Notes: generated by a model not told the origin, from the sequence alone. A stretch of 64,000 nt of DNA from Candidatus Latescibacterota bacterium (GCA_965223905.1 CBDCXV010000010.1:2048001-2112000), one strand, 5' to 3'. Counted from the first letter of the stretch, positions 29,985 through 41,240 are shown. Program-made: numbers and translations.

Positions 29985-32909
29985 TTACTGCTCAGATCTG
30001 ATTCTCTTGGCTCGTGCTGCCAACTTTTCCGCTTCTTTTGTATCTCCCATCTCTTTGTAACACCTTGCCATATTTTCCAGCAAAGCCGCCACATAGGGAT
30101 GATCCGGTCCAAATGCTTTTTGCCGCAATTCAAGTGATCGCCTGAAAAGGGGCTCAGCATCCGCATACTTGCCCTGGGCCTGGCAAACCATAGCCAGGTT
30201 GCTCAAGGTTTCCGCCACACCGTCGTGCTCTGGCCCGAAGGCCCTCTCCAGCATTTCCAGTACTTGCCTGTAAAGGGGCACCGCCTCGGCATACCTGCCC
30301 TGGCCGCGGAGACGCAGCGCCTGCTGGTTCAGGCTCCTCACGGTACAAAAAGTCTCGTGATCCGGCAGCTTGCCATCCGGGAATCCCCGGGACAGGAAAT
30401 ATCGCACATTGCCGTTTCCGGGCATCAGGCAATACGCCCTGAACAGGTCCTGCTGCGTCCGGTAGAATCCGTACCTGGCCAGCAGTTGCGCCACCATCTG
30501 TTCCGTCCGGATGGCGTCGCGCAGCGTGTCCTCTGCTCGCATGAAGTAGGGAAGAGCAGAAACCTGGAATCGCGGCAAGCGCAACTGCGGCGGTGCCGGC
30601 TCCAGGGCGGACTGCTTGTCGAAGTAGTGGAGATCATCGGTATTGACCCGTGTCTCATCGCCGATCATCCTCACCATGGCCTCGCCGTCCAACCAGAAAA
30701 AGCCGGCGATACGTTCGACCGTGTCGATCTGGTACTCCCCCGCGCGAAACCATTCGGGCAAGCGGTCCAGCTGTTCCTGCAGGTATTCGACATCGAGCGT
30801 GAAGGGTTCGGGGGTTGCCAGGAGAAACGCCTGGTCGGAACCGTAGACATACCAGAAAGTGGAGTTGGGAAACACGCTACGGAACGTGTTCAGGTGTATC
30901 CTGAACAGATCACCCTGCATATTTCCGAGAACCGGCACCCACTGCGCAAAGATGCCGCCGGGAAGCAGACGCGCGGCGACGGCCCTGTAGAACTCTTCCG
31001 TGTACAGGACCCAACTGTCGTAGGCGCGCGGATGAGTCGAATCGCTGATGATCACGTCGTAGCGCTTGCTGCCGGTAACCAAGTAGTTGCGGCCGTCGTC
31101 ATGGTGAAAATGGAATCCCGGCCTGTGAAACACATCCCCGTTCACATCCGCAAACAGGTCGTTGATGCCTTCCACATCGGGATTCAGGTCGACGACATCG
31201 AGGTAGGAGACCCGGTCCGAAGCCAGTACCGAGCCCGCCGTGATACCGGCCCCGAATGCGATCACCAACACCTTTTTGGGTTCCTCCCCCTCATGGATCA
31301 GCACCGGAAAACTTCCCAGCAGCTTGAACAACTGGGTGTGCCAGTAGCGGGTTGACGCTTCCTCGACCCCGTTGAGGTACATGTCGCGGTACGTGCCTCT
31401 TTTGGGATCCACCTGGTCGAGGACGGTAACGGTGGCGACTCGTCCCTCCTGAATGAGTCGAACTTCGGTCGACCGCGCCTCGGTAAACTCCCCGATCTTC
31501 CCGGCGTACAGGTCCATCATCCTCGGGAGCGCCGCGGCAAGCGCAACGGCCAGCGCCGCGACGCCTAGTACAGTGGCTGGCCAACGCCGGAAGCCCCGGT
31601 CCGGAGGAAGCAGATTGAAGACGCCCACAGCCGCGCATGCCGATGCCAGGCCGATGAGAACGCCCTGCACCCCGATCAGGGGGACTAGATAGTGGTTCGC
31701 CAGGCCGGCGCCCAGCAGACCTCCACCCGTATTGAGCGCATACAGGGTGGCGGCATCCCGGGTCGCCGCGCCGCGCTCCTCCGGCTGGAGCATCCTGATC
31801 GCCAGCGGCAACAGCGCCCCGATCAGAATCGTCGGAGCGATGATGATCGCGATGACAGGTATTAAAATCCCGAAACTGGCCGGGCCGAACTGCGCCGACT
31901 GGTCCGTTCCGAGCACCCAATCGGTCAGCAGGAGATACGGAGTCAGCAGCACGAAGGCCCCCGCGGCAAGCGCGGTGAAACCGAAGAGGTGATCGCTTCG
32001 GCGCGTGTTGCGGCGCACCACCCCATACAGCCATGTCCCCGAAACCGCGCTGATTCCGGTTCCCAGGAGAAAGCCTGTGAGCACGACCGGGAATACCGGT
32101 GCGCTGTTGCCCAGGTAGAGAATACCCAGCCTGGTCAACAGCACCTGGTAGGCCAGGGCGACGAAACCCACCGCGAACGTTGCCAGGTTCAGAAAACGCC
32201 GGGTGCCATCGTCGACGGGCAGGGCGGCAGGGTCGGCAGCCGGGGCTGCGGCGGTCGGAGGAAGGCCGTGCCGTGAAGCCTTCCTCGCCGCGAATGCACA
32301 CAGGACGGCAACGATGTACAGACCCAGGGCACACGTCAGAGTGCTCTGAACCCCGAACTCGCCCAGCAGGTAATACCCCGCCACGAAGCAGCCCACGGCA
32401 GCACCCAGGGTGTTGGTGCTGTACAGGTAGCCTGTCCGGGCTGTTCGCTGTGATGACGAATCGGGGGCGACACCGGAGATCATCGCCGGAAAGGTCGCAC
32501 CCATCAGGAACGCGGGCAGGAAAAGCGCCGCAAGGCTGACCATGCTGCGGGCGACGGTCAGGCTGGCCCGGTCGTCGAAGCTCCCGGCCAAGGAGGTGAA
32601 GAGCTGTGCCAGGAAATCGAACAGCGCCGGCGACAGGAATACATAAGCGCCGATACCGATCTCCAGCAGGATGTAGGGAACGAGAGAAGGGCGGCGCTTG
32701 CTGAAGTATTCCCCCCCGACATAGCTGCCCAGTCCAAGTCCGCCCATGAACGCGGCGAGGATCATGGCGGTAGCGCCCATCGAGTTGCCGACGACCGTGA
32801 TCAGCATCCGATTCCAGGTGACCTCGGCGATCAGGCTGCCGGCGCCGGACGCGAAGAAAGCGCCGTAGACGGTGAGAAGGAAAACGACGGATCGGAGGTC
32901 AAAGGTCAT
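29985..32909 (-). CDS. Fused membrane (MFS-like)/spermidine synthase protein with C-terminal TPR repeats
   Basis: Many TM helices (LMGATFP, LYSTNTLGA), VLVIAFGAGIT, DGRNYL...YDVIISD, and kinesin-light-chain-type TPRs. Confidence 0.85.
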   Translation of the reverse strand: MTFDLRSVVFLLTVYGAFFASGAGSLIAEVTWNRMLITVVGNSMGATAMILAAFMGGLGLGSYVGGEYFSKRRPSLVPYILLEIGIGAYVFLSPALFDFLAQLFTSLAGSFDDRASLTVARSMVSLAALFLPAFLMGATFPAMISGVAPDSSSQRTARTGYLYSTNTLGAAVGCFVAGYYLLGEFGVQSTLTCALGLYIVAVLCAFAARKASRHGLPPTAAAPAADPAALPVDDGTRRFLNLATFAVGFVALAYQVLLTRLGILYLGNSAPVFPVVLTGFLLGTGISAVSGTWLYGVVRRNTRRSDHLFGFTALAAGAFVLLTPYLLLTDWVLGTDQSAQFGPASFGILIPVIAIIIAPTILIGALLPLAIRMLQPEERGAATRDAATLYALNTGGGLLGAGLANHYLVPLIGVQGVLIGLASACAAVGVFNLLPPDRGFRRWPATVLGVAALAVALAAALPRMMDLYAGKIGEFTEARSTEVRLIQEGRVATVTVLDQVDPKRGTYRDMYLNGVEEASTRYWHTQLFKLLGSFPVLIHEGEEPKKVLVIAFGAGITAGSVLASDRVSYLDVVDLNPDVEGINDLFADVNGDVFHRPGFHFHHDDGRNYLVTGSKRYDVIISDSTHPRAYDSWVLYTEEFYRAVAARLLPGGIFAQWVPVLGNMQGDLFRIHLNTFRSVFPNSTFWYVYGSDQAFLLATPEPFTLDVEYLQEQLDRLPEWFRAGEYQIDTVERIAGFFWLDGEAMVRMIGDETRVNTDDLHYFDKQSALEPAPPQLRLPRFQVSALPYFMRAEDTLRDAIRTEQMVAQLLARYGFYRTQQDLFRAYCLMPGNGNVRYFLSRGFPDGKLPDHETFCTVRSLNQQALRLRGQGRYAEAVPLYRQVLEMLERAFGPEHDGVAETLSNLAMVCQAQGKYADAEPLFRRSLELRQKAFGPDHPYVAALLENMARCYKEMGDTKEAEKLAARAKRIRSEQ

Positions 32910-33484
32910 GTATCAGCCTTCCCTGCCGATCGACCACATGCGATGGTGTCGGATAGAAGCGGAGAGCACCTCTGCCTGATCATCCACTGGGCGCCGATCT
33001 CTTTGTGAACAAGGACCGCAGGAACGGGTGGCCCTCGATGGTCCTGTACCGTCTGTGGAGATTCCTGGCCACGCTCAAACCGGTGGACCTGGCTATGACG
33101 TAACCGCAGGCCGGGTCGGTCGGGGGATCGGCTCGGAAGAAAAGCGTCTTCGAGGAGGCGCCTACAATTGAAACGAAGTCCGTAGAGAGAAGGGGACGGT
33201 TCTACCCAAAAAAAGCAACTATAGAAATGACGCAAGCCTCTGAGGCAATGCGATGGGGTCTCGGAAGCGCCTATGCCCGCTTAGGCACGGGTTGCATGAA
33301 TAACAAGGGATCATGAATGCGTTAAAATTCTCCCTGTAGTCCTCCCCGAGAATCCTGTATTTCCTCTTTCGCCCTCTCAGGTGAAAACCATCACGAACAA
33401 TCAGAGAGATTCGCCGATCGAGCACAACGCTGAGATCGGTCGAAAGGGCCGAACTCGGGCAAAATGGGGTTTACTAACGGGCTC

Positions 33485-33733
33485 CTAGTGTCTCGTCGCA
33501 GAGATTCCTGAATTAAGTCGTTTGATCTTTACCCGGATTCTGCGGTGGGCCTCCAGACAAAGGAGCGAGCGTTTTGGTCCCAGTGGTCTGCAAATCGCTC
33601 AATTCGACGGACCAATTTCTTCATTTTGGCGAAGGAACCGCATCGAATCGCCGCTGAGACTATGGCCAATTGCTTTCGAGTCTGATCACCAGAACTTCGA
33701 ATTATGATAGCTATATCTGAGACTATACACTAG
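33485..33733. mobile_element. Possible MITE or IS remnant
   Basis: 241 bp between two CTAG sites. Imperfect inverted ends TGTCTCGTCGCAGAGAT vs TGTATAGTCTCAGATAT (13/17). No transposase. Confidence 0.4.
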
Positions 33734-35406
33734 TTTCGCTGGAGGACGTGAGCCCGATCGATCTCGAGGGGTCCGAATTCACTCGTTGAGCCGTCTTCCC
33801 AGTACACCGTGACTTTGTCCACAGTGGTCGCGGATCCCAACCCGCAGTGGACGCGAGGGTCGTTGCTCCCGCAGTAGCTGTACGCCCGCTGCACGCGCCG
33901 CCACTGCGACACCCCCCCGGCGTCGATGCGCACGCGCGCGTGCAGAGCATATTGCCCACGGTCGCGGATGGCGAGTTGCACCCAGTGTCCCCGGGATCCG
34001 ATCGTGTTGTGGAGAACAGTGGCCTTCGCATCGCGGTTGCTGACGACGACGTCGACGGCGCCGTCGTTGTCGAGATCCCCGAAGGCGGCGGCGCGGCTCG
34101 TCTCGATGACGGGGCTCGCGGTACCCCCCCGGGGCGCGACTTCGTCGAATTTCAGCACGCCGACTCCGCGGAAGAGCTGATTCGACTCCGCGTAGATGTC
34201 ATTGGGATCGTTGATCGGATCCCAGTAGTTGACACGGCCGTTCGCCACGTAGATGTCGAGGAGGCCGTCGTGGTCGAAGTCGATGATGCCGAGCCCGAAA
34301 CCGGTGAACTCATAGCTCGTTGAGCCGAGCCCGGTGCGATTCGTGATATCCTCGAAAAAGTGGTCCGTATCCCGGAGATAGAACGTGTTCGTTTCTTCCC
34401 TCAGGTGCGAGACGAACAGGTCGAGATCCCCATCGTGGTCGACATCCGTGGCGGCGATACCCATACCGGCCTCCGCCTCGCCGACGGCGTTGAAAGCCGT
34501 CCCCGAGGAGAGTCCCTCGTCGACGAACTTCAAACCGCCCTGGTTGATCCATAGCTGGTTTGCCATGCCGTCGTTGGCGACGTAGAGATCGATGCGATCG
34601 TCGCCACCGAAATCGCCGGCGACGACGCCGAGTCCGTTGCCGCGCGCCTGGTGGATGCCAGCCTCGGCGCTGATGTCGGTGAAGCGCCCGTCGCCGTCGT
34701 TGCGGTAGAGTACATCCGGCAGCGACGCTTGGAAGTTGTTCGGGTTGCAGTAGACGCGCCGCCCGGATCCGGAGAAACACTCGACGTCGGTAGCGATCGA
34801 CCAGCGCAGATAGTCCACTACGTAGAGATCCAGATCTCCGTCACGGTCGGCGTCGAAGAAGACGCTGCTCGTGCTCCAGTTCGCATCGCCGACGCCGGCG
34901 TCGGTGGTGACGTCCGTGAACTGGCCCTTGCCTTCGTTGCGGTAGAGGACGTTCGCCCCCAGGTTCGTGACGTAGATGTCGGTGTCTCCGTCGCCGTCGT
35001 AGTCCGCAACGGTGCCGCCCATGCCATAGCCCCTGTCGCCGACGCCGGCGCTCTCCGTCACATCCTGGAAGCGAAAGTCCCCGAGGTTCCGGTACAGACG
35101 ATTCCCCGGTGAATCTCCTCCCTCCGCGGCGATCTCACCGCCCTGAACCAGATAGACGTCGAGGAGCCCGTCCCCGTCGTAATCGAGGAGGAGAACGCCG
35201 CTGGCGAGGATCTCCGGATACCAGAATCGCTTCTGCTTGCCTGACGTGTGCAGGAAGTCGATGCCCGAACCCGCGGTTCGATCCTCGAACCACGAGGATC
35301 CCCCGGGCTCGGCGGTCCCGTTCGTGTTCGTGGTGGTCGGCGTTCGCTCGCAGCCGAGGCTCGCGACGAACAGAACGCCGGCGACGGACAATCTCCGCGC
35401 GCGCAT
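33730..35406 (-). CDS. CRTAC1-family (FG-GAP/VCBS repeats + ASPIC/UnbV) lipoprotein
   Basis: Multiple DYDGDG.D repeats, lipobox SLGC and an ASPIC-UnbV-like C-terminus. Confidence 0.85.
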   Translation of the reverse strand: MRARRLSVAGVLFVASLGCERTPTTTNTNGTAEPGGSSWFEDRTAGSGIDFLHTSGKQKRFWYPEILASGVLLLDYDGDGLLDVYLVQGGEIAAEGGDSPGNRLYRNLGDFRFQDVTESAGVGDRGYGMGGTVADYDGDGDTDIYVTNLGANVLYRNEGKGQFTDVTTDAGVGDANWSTSSVFFDADRDGDLDLYVVDYLRWSIATDVECFSGSGRRVYCNPNNFQASLPDVLYRNDGDGRFTDISAEAGIHQARGNGLGVVAGDFGGDDRIDLYVANDGMANQLWINQGGLKFVDEGLSSGTAFNAVGEAEAGMGIAATDVDHDGDLDLFVSHLREETNTFYLRDTDHFFEDITNRTGLGSTSYEFTGFGLGIIDFDHDGLLDIYVANGRVNYWDPINDPNDIYAESNQLFRGVGVLKFDEVAPRGGTASPVIETSRAAAFGDLDNDGAVDVVVSNRDAKATVLHNTIGSRGHWVQLAIRDRGQYALHARVRIDAGGVSQWRRVQRAYSYCGSNDPRVHCGLGSATTVDKVTVYWEDGSTSEFGPLEIDRAHVLQRN

Positions 35407-36818
35407 CACGATTTCCGCTGCTCGTAGTATTGCTCGAGTTGCTTCACGGCTCCGTGGTTCGGCTTGAGTTTGCGTGCGGCCTCGAGGGCACGCTTCGCGC
35501 CGGGCCAGTCTCGAGATCCACGCAGACGAAGCCGAGGTTGACGAGGTGGAGGAGGCTTTGTGGAGTGAGCCGGAGAAGCTCTTCCAGCGCCGCTCGCGCC
35601 CCGGTTCGGTCCTCGAGCCGGAGGCACACCTGCGCAAGAGCCTGATGGAAAGCAGGCCGCCGGTTGTCGAGACCGATGGCGGTCTCCAGAGACACACGCG
35701 CCGGGGCGAACTCTCCCATGAATAGAAGCGCCTTGCCACGCTCGAAGTGAGCTTGCGCGATCTGGGGACCCCTGTCGATGGCGGCGTCCGCTGCCGCGAG
35801 TGCCTGCGGATACAGCTCGAGCGAGGCGAGGCAATCCGCCTTGTTGATGTATGTCCCGAACGCGCCCGGGTAAAGCTCAATGCTCGCATCGAGGATGGCG
35901 AGGGCCTCTCGAGGGCGGTTCACCCGGCGATACGCCACCGCGAGGTTGTTCATGACCATCAAGTCCCGCGGCCGCTCCTGATACATCCTCTCAAGGACGA
36001 CGATGGCGTCTGCGGGTTTGCCGGCGCGGAGGAGTCCCACCGCGTGATCGAGCCGCGAACTGTACCCGCGGGAGTAGCGCGCCAGGTCCCTGCTCGTGCG
36101 GTCGGGTATGTAAGACTTCTCGGCATCCTCGCCCTGGGCCTGGGCGCGATCCGCGTCTTCGGTGCGACCGAGGCGCCGGTAGGCGCGCCCCGCGAGAAAC
36201 GCCGCCATTTTGTGGCCCGGTTGGAGCGAGAGGGCCTGCTCCAGAGCAGTGATGGCAGCGGCATAATCGCGACGCTCGAGAGCGACACGGCCGAGGCCGA
36301 CGTGCCCCTCCGGGGACTTCCGTGCAACGCTACGGCACGCCGGAACGCTGCATCCGCCCCCTCGACGTCGCCTGACTCGAGCAGCAGGTCCCGAGATGGT
36401 GTTGGGCGGGAGCAAAGCTTGGAAAACTCTTCACCACCGCCTGCATGGCCGCTACGGCGCCGTCGAAATCGCCCAGGTTCTGCGTGGCGCGGGCTGCATG
36501 GTAAGCCCAGACGGGTTCCCGCGGGGCCAGTAACGCCGCCGCATCGAAACACTGGCGGGCCTGTTGCCAGAGCACGTTTGCCTCGAAAACCAGGCCGAGC
36601 TGCCCCAATTTCTCCGCATTCGATGGGTCTTCGCGTACCCTCTCGAGGTGATCATCCACCAGGGAACGGATCTCGGCATCGAGACTCCGGGGAATCGTGA
36701 GCTCCGGAGGCGTTGGCTGAGGCCCGCAGCTACAGCACGCCAGGAGCCAGCAGAGTCCCCCCCAACGCAGTACCACCAAAAATCGCGACCGGCTCCTTCG
36801 GGACATCAATCTGGTCAT
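35406..36818 (-). pseudogene. TPR-repeat protein interrupted by about 3 frameshifts (~36390, ~36318, ~35505)
   Basis: TPR helices continue across ORFs 36330..36860, 35959..36552, 35444..36415 and 35406..35834. Confidence 0.65.
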
Positions 36819-37087
36819 GAGAGCACCATCATCACGATCTTCGAAACCGAAGACTTCCAACGCAAGAACAGGAAGCGGTCGGCGAGAGAGCGCGAGCGGA
36901 TCGCGCTCGCTCGCGTAATTACCCCGTGGATCAGAAAGAGCGGATAGTGTACGTGTTAACGGTCGAGGCGCGGTAGCTGGTGTGTCGCGGGGTGCAGTCA
37001 GCCGATTCGGACAGTTCCCGAAACGCCGGCCTTGGTCAGTCCATCAGCAAGGATCTGGGGGAGCCCGTTGCCGCCCGAACCAGCTTC

Positions 37088-39259
37088 TCAACGCGGCAGT
37101 CGCTCTATCGTGTCCTGGCCCTCCGTGATGAGGATCGACTGGTCTACCGCCACGTCGCGGAAGGTCTGCAACCGATCGCTCGTGGGCCAGTACACCTCCA
37201 GCACCTCCACCTGCGTCGCCTTTCCGAGCCCGATCATCTGCATGAACGGGTTGCCCCCGAAGCTCCCACCGCTGTTCACGTGCCTGTACACCGAGCGACG
37301 CTCCCCGCCCTCCCGGATCTCGCAGCGGATGCGCGCTCCGATCCCCGGCCGGTTTGACTCTACGCCCGAGAGCCGCACCCTGATCCAGTGGTTATCGAAG
37401 CCCGGATTTTCGAACAGCGCGTTGCCGAACGCGTCGCCGGGGTAGGCGCCCCCCACTTGCATGTAGATGTCCTGGTCCCCGTCGTAGTCGAGGTCTGCGA
37501 AGGCCACTGCATGGCCCTTCTGCAGGTGGGCGAACCCCCCGGCCATCGTCACGTCCGCAAAGCCCGTCCCGCCGCGGTTGCGGTACATCACGTTCGGCAT
37601 CAGGGCCTCGTACCCCGGGTAGCCCGTGCCCTGGTAGAAGTCCAGGTAGCCGTCGTTGTCCAAGTCGCCGAAGTTGCAGCCCATCGTCAGCACCAGCAAG
37701 GTCAGGCCCTGCTCCGCGGCGACGTTGCGGAAGCCCCCCTTGCCGTCTCCGCGGTAGAGGCACGCCAGCTCTCCCCCGTGCTCCAGCCCGAGGTAGCTGG
37801 CGGCGAGGAAATCCAGTGACTCGACGTAGGTCGCGACCCAAAGATCCAATGCGCCGTTGTTGTCGAAGTCCCAGAACCAGGGAGGAAAGCTGGTGTGGGG
37901 TGCGGTGACGCCGAGCTCGCTGGCGAGGTCGGTAAAGGTCCCGTCGCCGTTGTTGTGATAGAGCCGGTTCTCTCCGAACATGTTGGAGACGAAAAGATCG
38001 GGGAAACGGTCCCCGTCGTAATCGCCCCAGATGACGCCCTTGGTGAAGCGCTCGTTCAGCACCCCCGCCTCCCCGGCGACGTCGACGAACGTTCCATCCC
38101 CCTCGTTGCGGAAGAGCTGGCACGGAGCGTCGTACTCCGGGTCGGACTCGTTGCCCACGTACAGATCCAGGTCGCCATCGTTGTCGTAGTCGGCCCACGA
38201 CGCCGTCTGGGTGGGGTAGCTGGCCGCGGCCAGACCGGCGTCGAAGGTCACATCGATGAAAGTGCCGTCCCCGTTATTCCTCAACAGGGAGTTGGGGGTG
38301 GTGCCCGCCCTGCCCAGCCAAGCCCCGCGCATGACCAGGATGTCCGGGAATCCGTCATTGTTGTAATCGGTGTGGATCAGGTTGAGGCCGCCCAGCAGGC
38401 CCACCAGACCGGCCTCGCGGGTGCGGTCCGTAAACCTCTTCTCCGGGCCGCCTTCGTAGTAGAGCATCTGCCCCGACGGGTCCGAGGTCGAAGTCACGAT
38501 GTCGAGCCAGCCATCGCCGTTGAAGTCGTCGACGATGGTGCCCCCGGAGAGGTTGAAGGCGTTCAGTCCGAGCCCGGGAGCGATGTCTCTGAAGCGCGGA
38601 AAGGGCTCATCCGAGGTAAAGATGCCCGCGGGAATGAGAAACTGTTCGGGGACCTGGTCGGGGTACCCCCCGACCGTCATGTAGGAAATGTTGAGCAGCC
38701 AGCGCGCCCCGTGCGCCCCCGGAAACCTCCCGAGATACTCCTCGAGGAGCTCTATGGCCTTGCGCGAGCCCTCCTGGTCGACGTACACCCCCCTCCCGCG
38801 GATCGGAAGGATGCAGCTGTCGCTGGTATGCATGGCGACGCAGTTCCGGGTCTCGGCCCAGCGCATGTAGACAACCGCGAGTTCCAGGATGTTCAGGTAG
38901 AGCGCCCTGTTCTTGCTGCCATGGGTGCGGATCAGTTCGAGAGCCTCGGCATAGAGCCCAATCGCCGCATCGATGTTCCCCAGCCGTGACTCCTCGCTGG
39001 CCAGGTCCCGCAGCACCGGCCAGCGCGTGCGCGGTTCGGCGTGGGCCAGACCGGCGAGTTGCCGGCGCAACGTCGGCGCCATGAACTGTCCCACCCTGTT
39101 GTCGAACCTGGATGTCTTGGCCGCCACCTGGGAAAGGAGCTCCACCATCTTCTGGTGCCCGGCCTCTCCGGATTTCTCGCACGACACCAACAGAGTGGCG
39201 AAGGGGAGAATCAGCAGAGCACCGGCAAGATTCCGGAGCTGTTGAAGAAGAGCGGCCAT
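37088..39259 (-). CDS. TPR + FG-GAP + ASPIC/UnbV (CRTAC1-family) lipoprotein
   Basis: LVSC lipobox, NC...SCILPI, DYDNDGDLD repeats and SGGSFG...IGLG. Confidence 0.85.
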   Translation of the reverse strand: MAALLQQLRNLAGALLILPFATLLVSCEKSGEAGHQKMVELLSQVAAKTSRFDNRVGQFMAPTLRRQLAGLAHAEPRTRWPVLRDLASEESRLGNIDAAIGLYAEALELIRTHGSKNRALYLNILELAVVYMRWAETRNCVAMHTSDSCILPIRGRGVYVDQEGSRKAIELLEEYLGRFPGAHGARWLLNISYMTVGGYPDQVPEQFLIPAGIFTSDEPFPRFRDIAPGLGLNAFNLSGGTIVDDFNGDGWLDIVTSTSDPSGQMLYYEGGPEKRFTDRTREAGLVGLLGGLNLIHTDYNNDGFPDILVMRGAWLGRAGTTPNSLLRNNGDGTFIDVTFDAGLAAASYPTQTASWADYDNDGDLDLYVGNESDPEYDAPCQLFRNEGDGTFVDVAGEAGVLNERFTKGVIWGDYDGDRFPDLFVSNMFGENRLYHNNGDGTFTDLASELGVTAPHTSFPPWFWDFDNNGALDLWVATYVESLDFLAASYLGLEHGGELACLYRGDGKGGFRNVAAEQGLTLLVLTMGCNFGDLDNDGYLDFYQGTGYPGYEALMPNVMYRNRGGTGFADVTMAGGFAHLQKGHAVAFADLDYDGDQDIYMQVGGAYPGDAFGNALFENPGFDNHWIRVRLSGVESNRPGIGARIRCEIREGGERRSVYRHVNSGGSFGGNPFMQMIGLGKATQVEVLEVYWPTSDRLQTFRDVAVDQSILITEGQDTIERLPR

Positions 39260-39269
39260 GTCAGGGACA

Positions 39270-40928
39270 TCATTGCTGATTGCCACTTATCGTCACGCTT
39301 CCCGTGAACCCGCTTGCCACCAATCTGTCTGCGAAAGCCTGAGCTGCGGAATCGGTCAGGGCTCCGCTGCGGCGGATAGACAAGTCCCCGCCTATGTTGG
39401 CGAGATTCTGCAGGCCTTCCAGGCTGGCCAGGGCGGGGTTGCCGGTAACCCGGTCGCCGATGGATAGATTCCCGCCGATGTCGGTGAGGTTGTCGAGCCC
39501 TGCCAAGCTGATCAATGCATCATTGCCGCCGATGGACAAGTCTCCGGCGATGGTGGCGAGGTTTTTAAGCCCGGACAAGCTGGTCAGGGCGGTGTACCAG
39601 ATGGACAGATCCCCGCCGATGCTGGCGACGCTCCCGAACCCTGCCAGTTTGGCCAGTACGTCATTGCCGTTAAAAATCAAGTCGCCGTCGACCCGGACGA
39701 CATTCGCGAGCGGCGCCAGGCTGGTCAGTGCATCATTGCGCCGTATCTGTAGTTCCCCGCCGATGCGGGTGATGTTGTCGAGCCCTGCCAGGCTGGCCAA
39801 TGCGGAGTTGTTAACGATCGAAAGGAATCCGCCGACGCTGGTTACAGTCTCGAGCCCTGCCAGGCTGGTCAGTGCGGGGTTGCCGGTAAACCAACCTCCG
39901 CCGATGCTGGTGATCCTCTCGAGCCCTGCCAGGTGGGTCAGCGCGGCGCTGCTGAATACAGCCAGGTATCCGCCGATGCGGGCGAGATTCTCGAGCCCTG
40001 CCAGGCTGGCCAATGCGGGGTTGTGGGAGATGATCAGACGCCCGCCGATGTCGGTGAGACGCTCGAGCCCTGCCAGGCTGGTCAGCGCGGCGTTGCCGTC
40101 ATGCACCTTGCCGATGGACAAGTCCCCGCCGATGCGGGTGAGGTTGTCGAGCCCCGCCAGGCTGGTCAGGGCATCATTGCCCAGGATCGACACGCTTGGA
40201 CCGGTCTCGGATTCCTGGTTGAACACGTCCCCGTCGATGCTCGTGATCTTTTCGAGCCCTGACAGGCTGGTCAGCGCGGGGTTGTCGTGGACGATCAAAT
40301 CCCCCCCGAGACGGGCGAGGTTCTTCAGCCCTGCCAGGGTGGCCAGGGCATCATTGTGGACTATGGACAGAAACCCGCCGATGCTGGTGACGTTTTCGAG
40401 CCCCCCCAGGCTGGTCAGGGCATCGTTGTTGACGACAGTCACTCTCCCGCCCACGCTGGTGACGTTTTCAAGCCCTTCCAGGCTGGTCAGGGCGGTGTTC
40501 CTGACGAACAAACCCCCACCTATGCTGGCGACACCCTCAAGCCCCCCCAGGCTGGTGAGAGCGGGATTGCCGAATATGGAGAGGTATCCGCCGACGCTAG
40601 TGAGATGCTCGAGGCCGGCGAGACTGGTCAGCGCCGCGTTGTCGGCACCGAGACTGCCGATGGACAAGTTGCCGCTGACGCTGGTGAGATGCTCGAGGCC
40701 CATCAGAGTGATAAGAGGAGAATCCTCCACCGATAGATCGCCAGCGATACCGAACGGACCGCCTCCAACAGGCACGAGAGCGTCCAAGTCCTCTTGGGAA
40801 CGGATGGAAAAATCTCCCTCCAGAACCGCAGGGTCGGAGCTGGATTGCGTGGGGCTCTTGCTGTCACAGCCCGCCAGGGCCAACGCCCACACTGTTATAC
40901 CGGCCAGGAGCCGTTTCGGCCATTTCAT
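39270..40928 (-). CDS. Leucine-rich repeat (receptor L-domain-like) lipoprotein
   Basis: LAGC lipobox and about 18 repeats of ~25 aa (N.ALTSLAGLE.LT.IGG.LSI). Confidence 0.85.
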   Translation of the reverse strand: MKWPKRLLAGITVWALALAGCDSKSPTQSSSDPAVLEGDFSIRSQEDLDALVPVGGGPFGIAGDLSVEDSPLITLMGLEHLTSVSGNLSIGSLGADNAALTSLAGLEHLTSVGGYLSIFGNPALTSLGGLEGVASIGGGLFVRNTALTSLEGLENVTSVGGRVTVVNNDALTSLGGLENVTSIGGFLSIVHNDALATLAGLKNLARLGGDLIVHDNPALTSLSGLEKITSIDGDVFNQESETGPSVSILGNDALTSLAGLDNLTRIGGDLSIGKVHDGNAALTSLAGLERLTDIGGRLIISHNPALASLAGLENLARIGGYLAVFSSAALTHLAGLERITSIGGGWFTGNPALTSLAGLETVTSVGGFLSIVNNSALASLAGLDNITRIGGELQIRRNDALTSLAPLANVVRVDGDLIFNGNDVLAKLAGFGSVASIGGDLSIWYTALTSLSGLKNLATIAGDLSIGGNDALISLAGLDNLTDIGGNLSIGDRVTGNPALASLEGLQNLANIGGDLSIRRSGALTDSAAQAFADRLVASGFTGSVTISGNQQ

Positions 40929-41240
40929 GGCTCGGCCCTCGTCACATGAGCAGTCCTGCATCTTCTTATTGATTCGCAACGTTATCCCGGGCGACTGGCT
41001 GCGTCCGCTCCGATAAATTCCGTGGCAACCGGTGTTGTACGGTGGGAGGGTGCGCGGTGCGACAACAGGTATCATCGGCAGGGGTGCCGGGACCATCACC
41101 TGTACCCTCGACGCACTCAGGCCAAACCCCGCGACACGCTGTCAAATACCGAAGCCAGTTTGGGTGCGCGGTTTTTTGTATACGAGTCAAGTTTCCAGCG
41201 GTGACCACGCCATGTCTCGGGCGGTCTGAGGGAAGCCTCG

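Noticed and set aside
39394-41016. 540-aa repetitive ORF on the + strand
   Set aside because: Antisense shadow of the LRR lipoprotein. The minus frame has the lipobox and LRR consensus.
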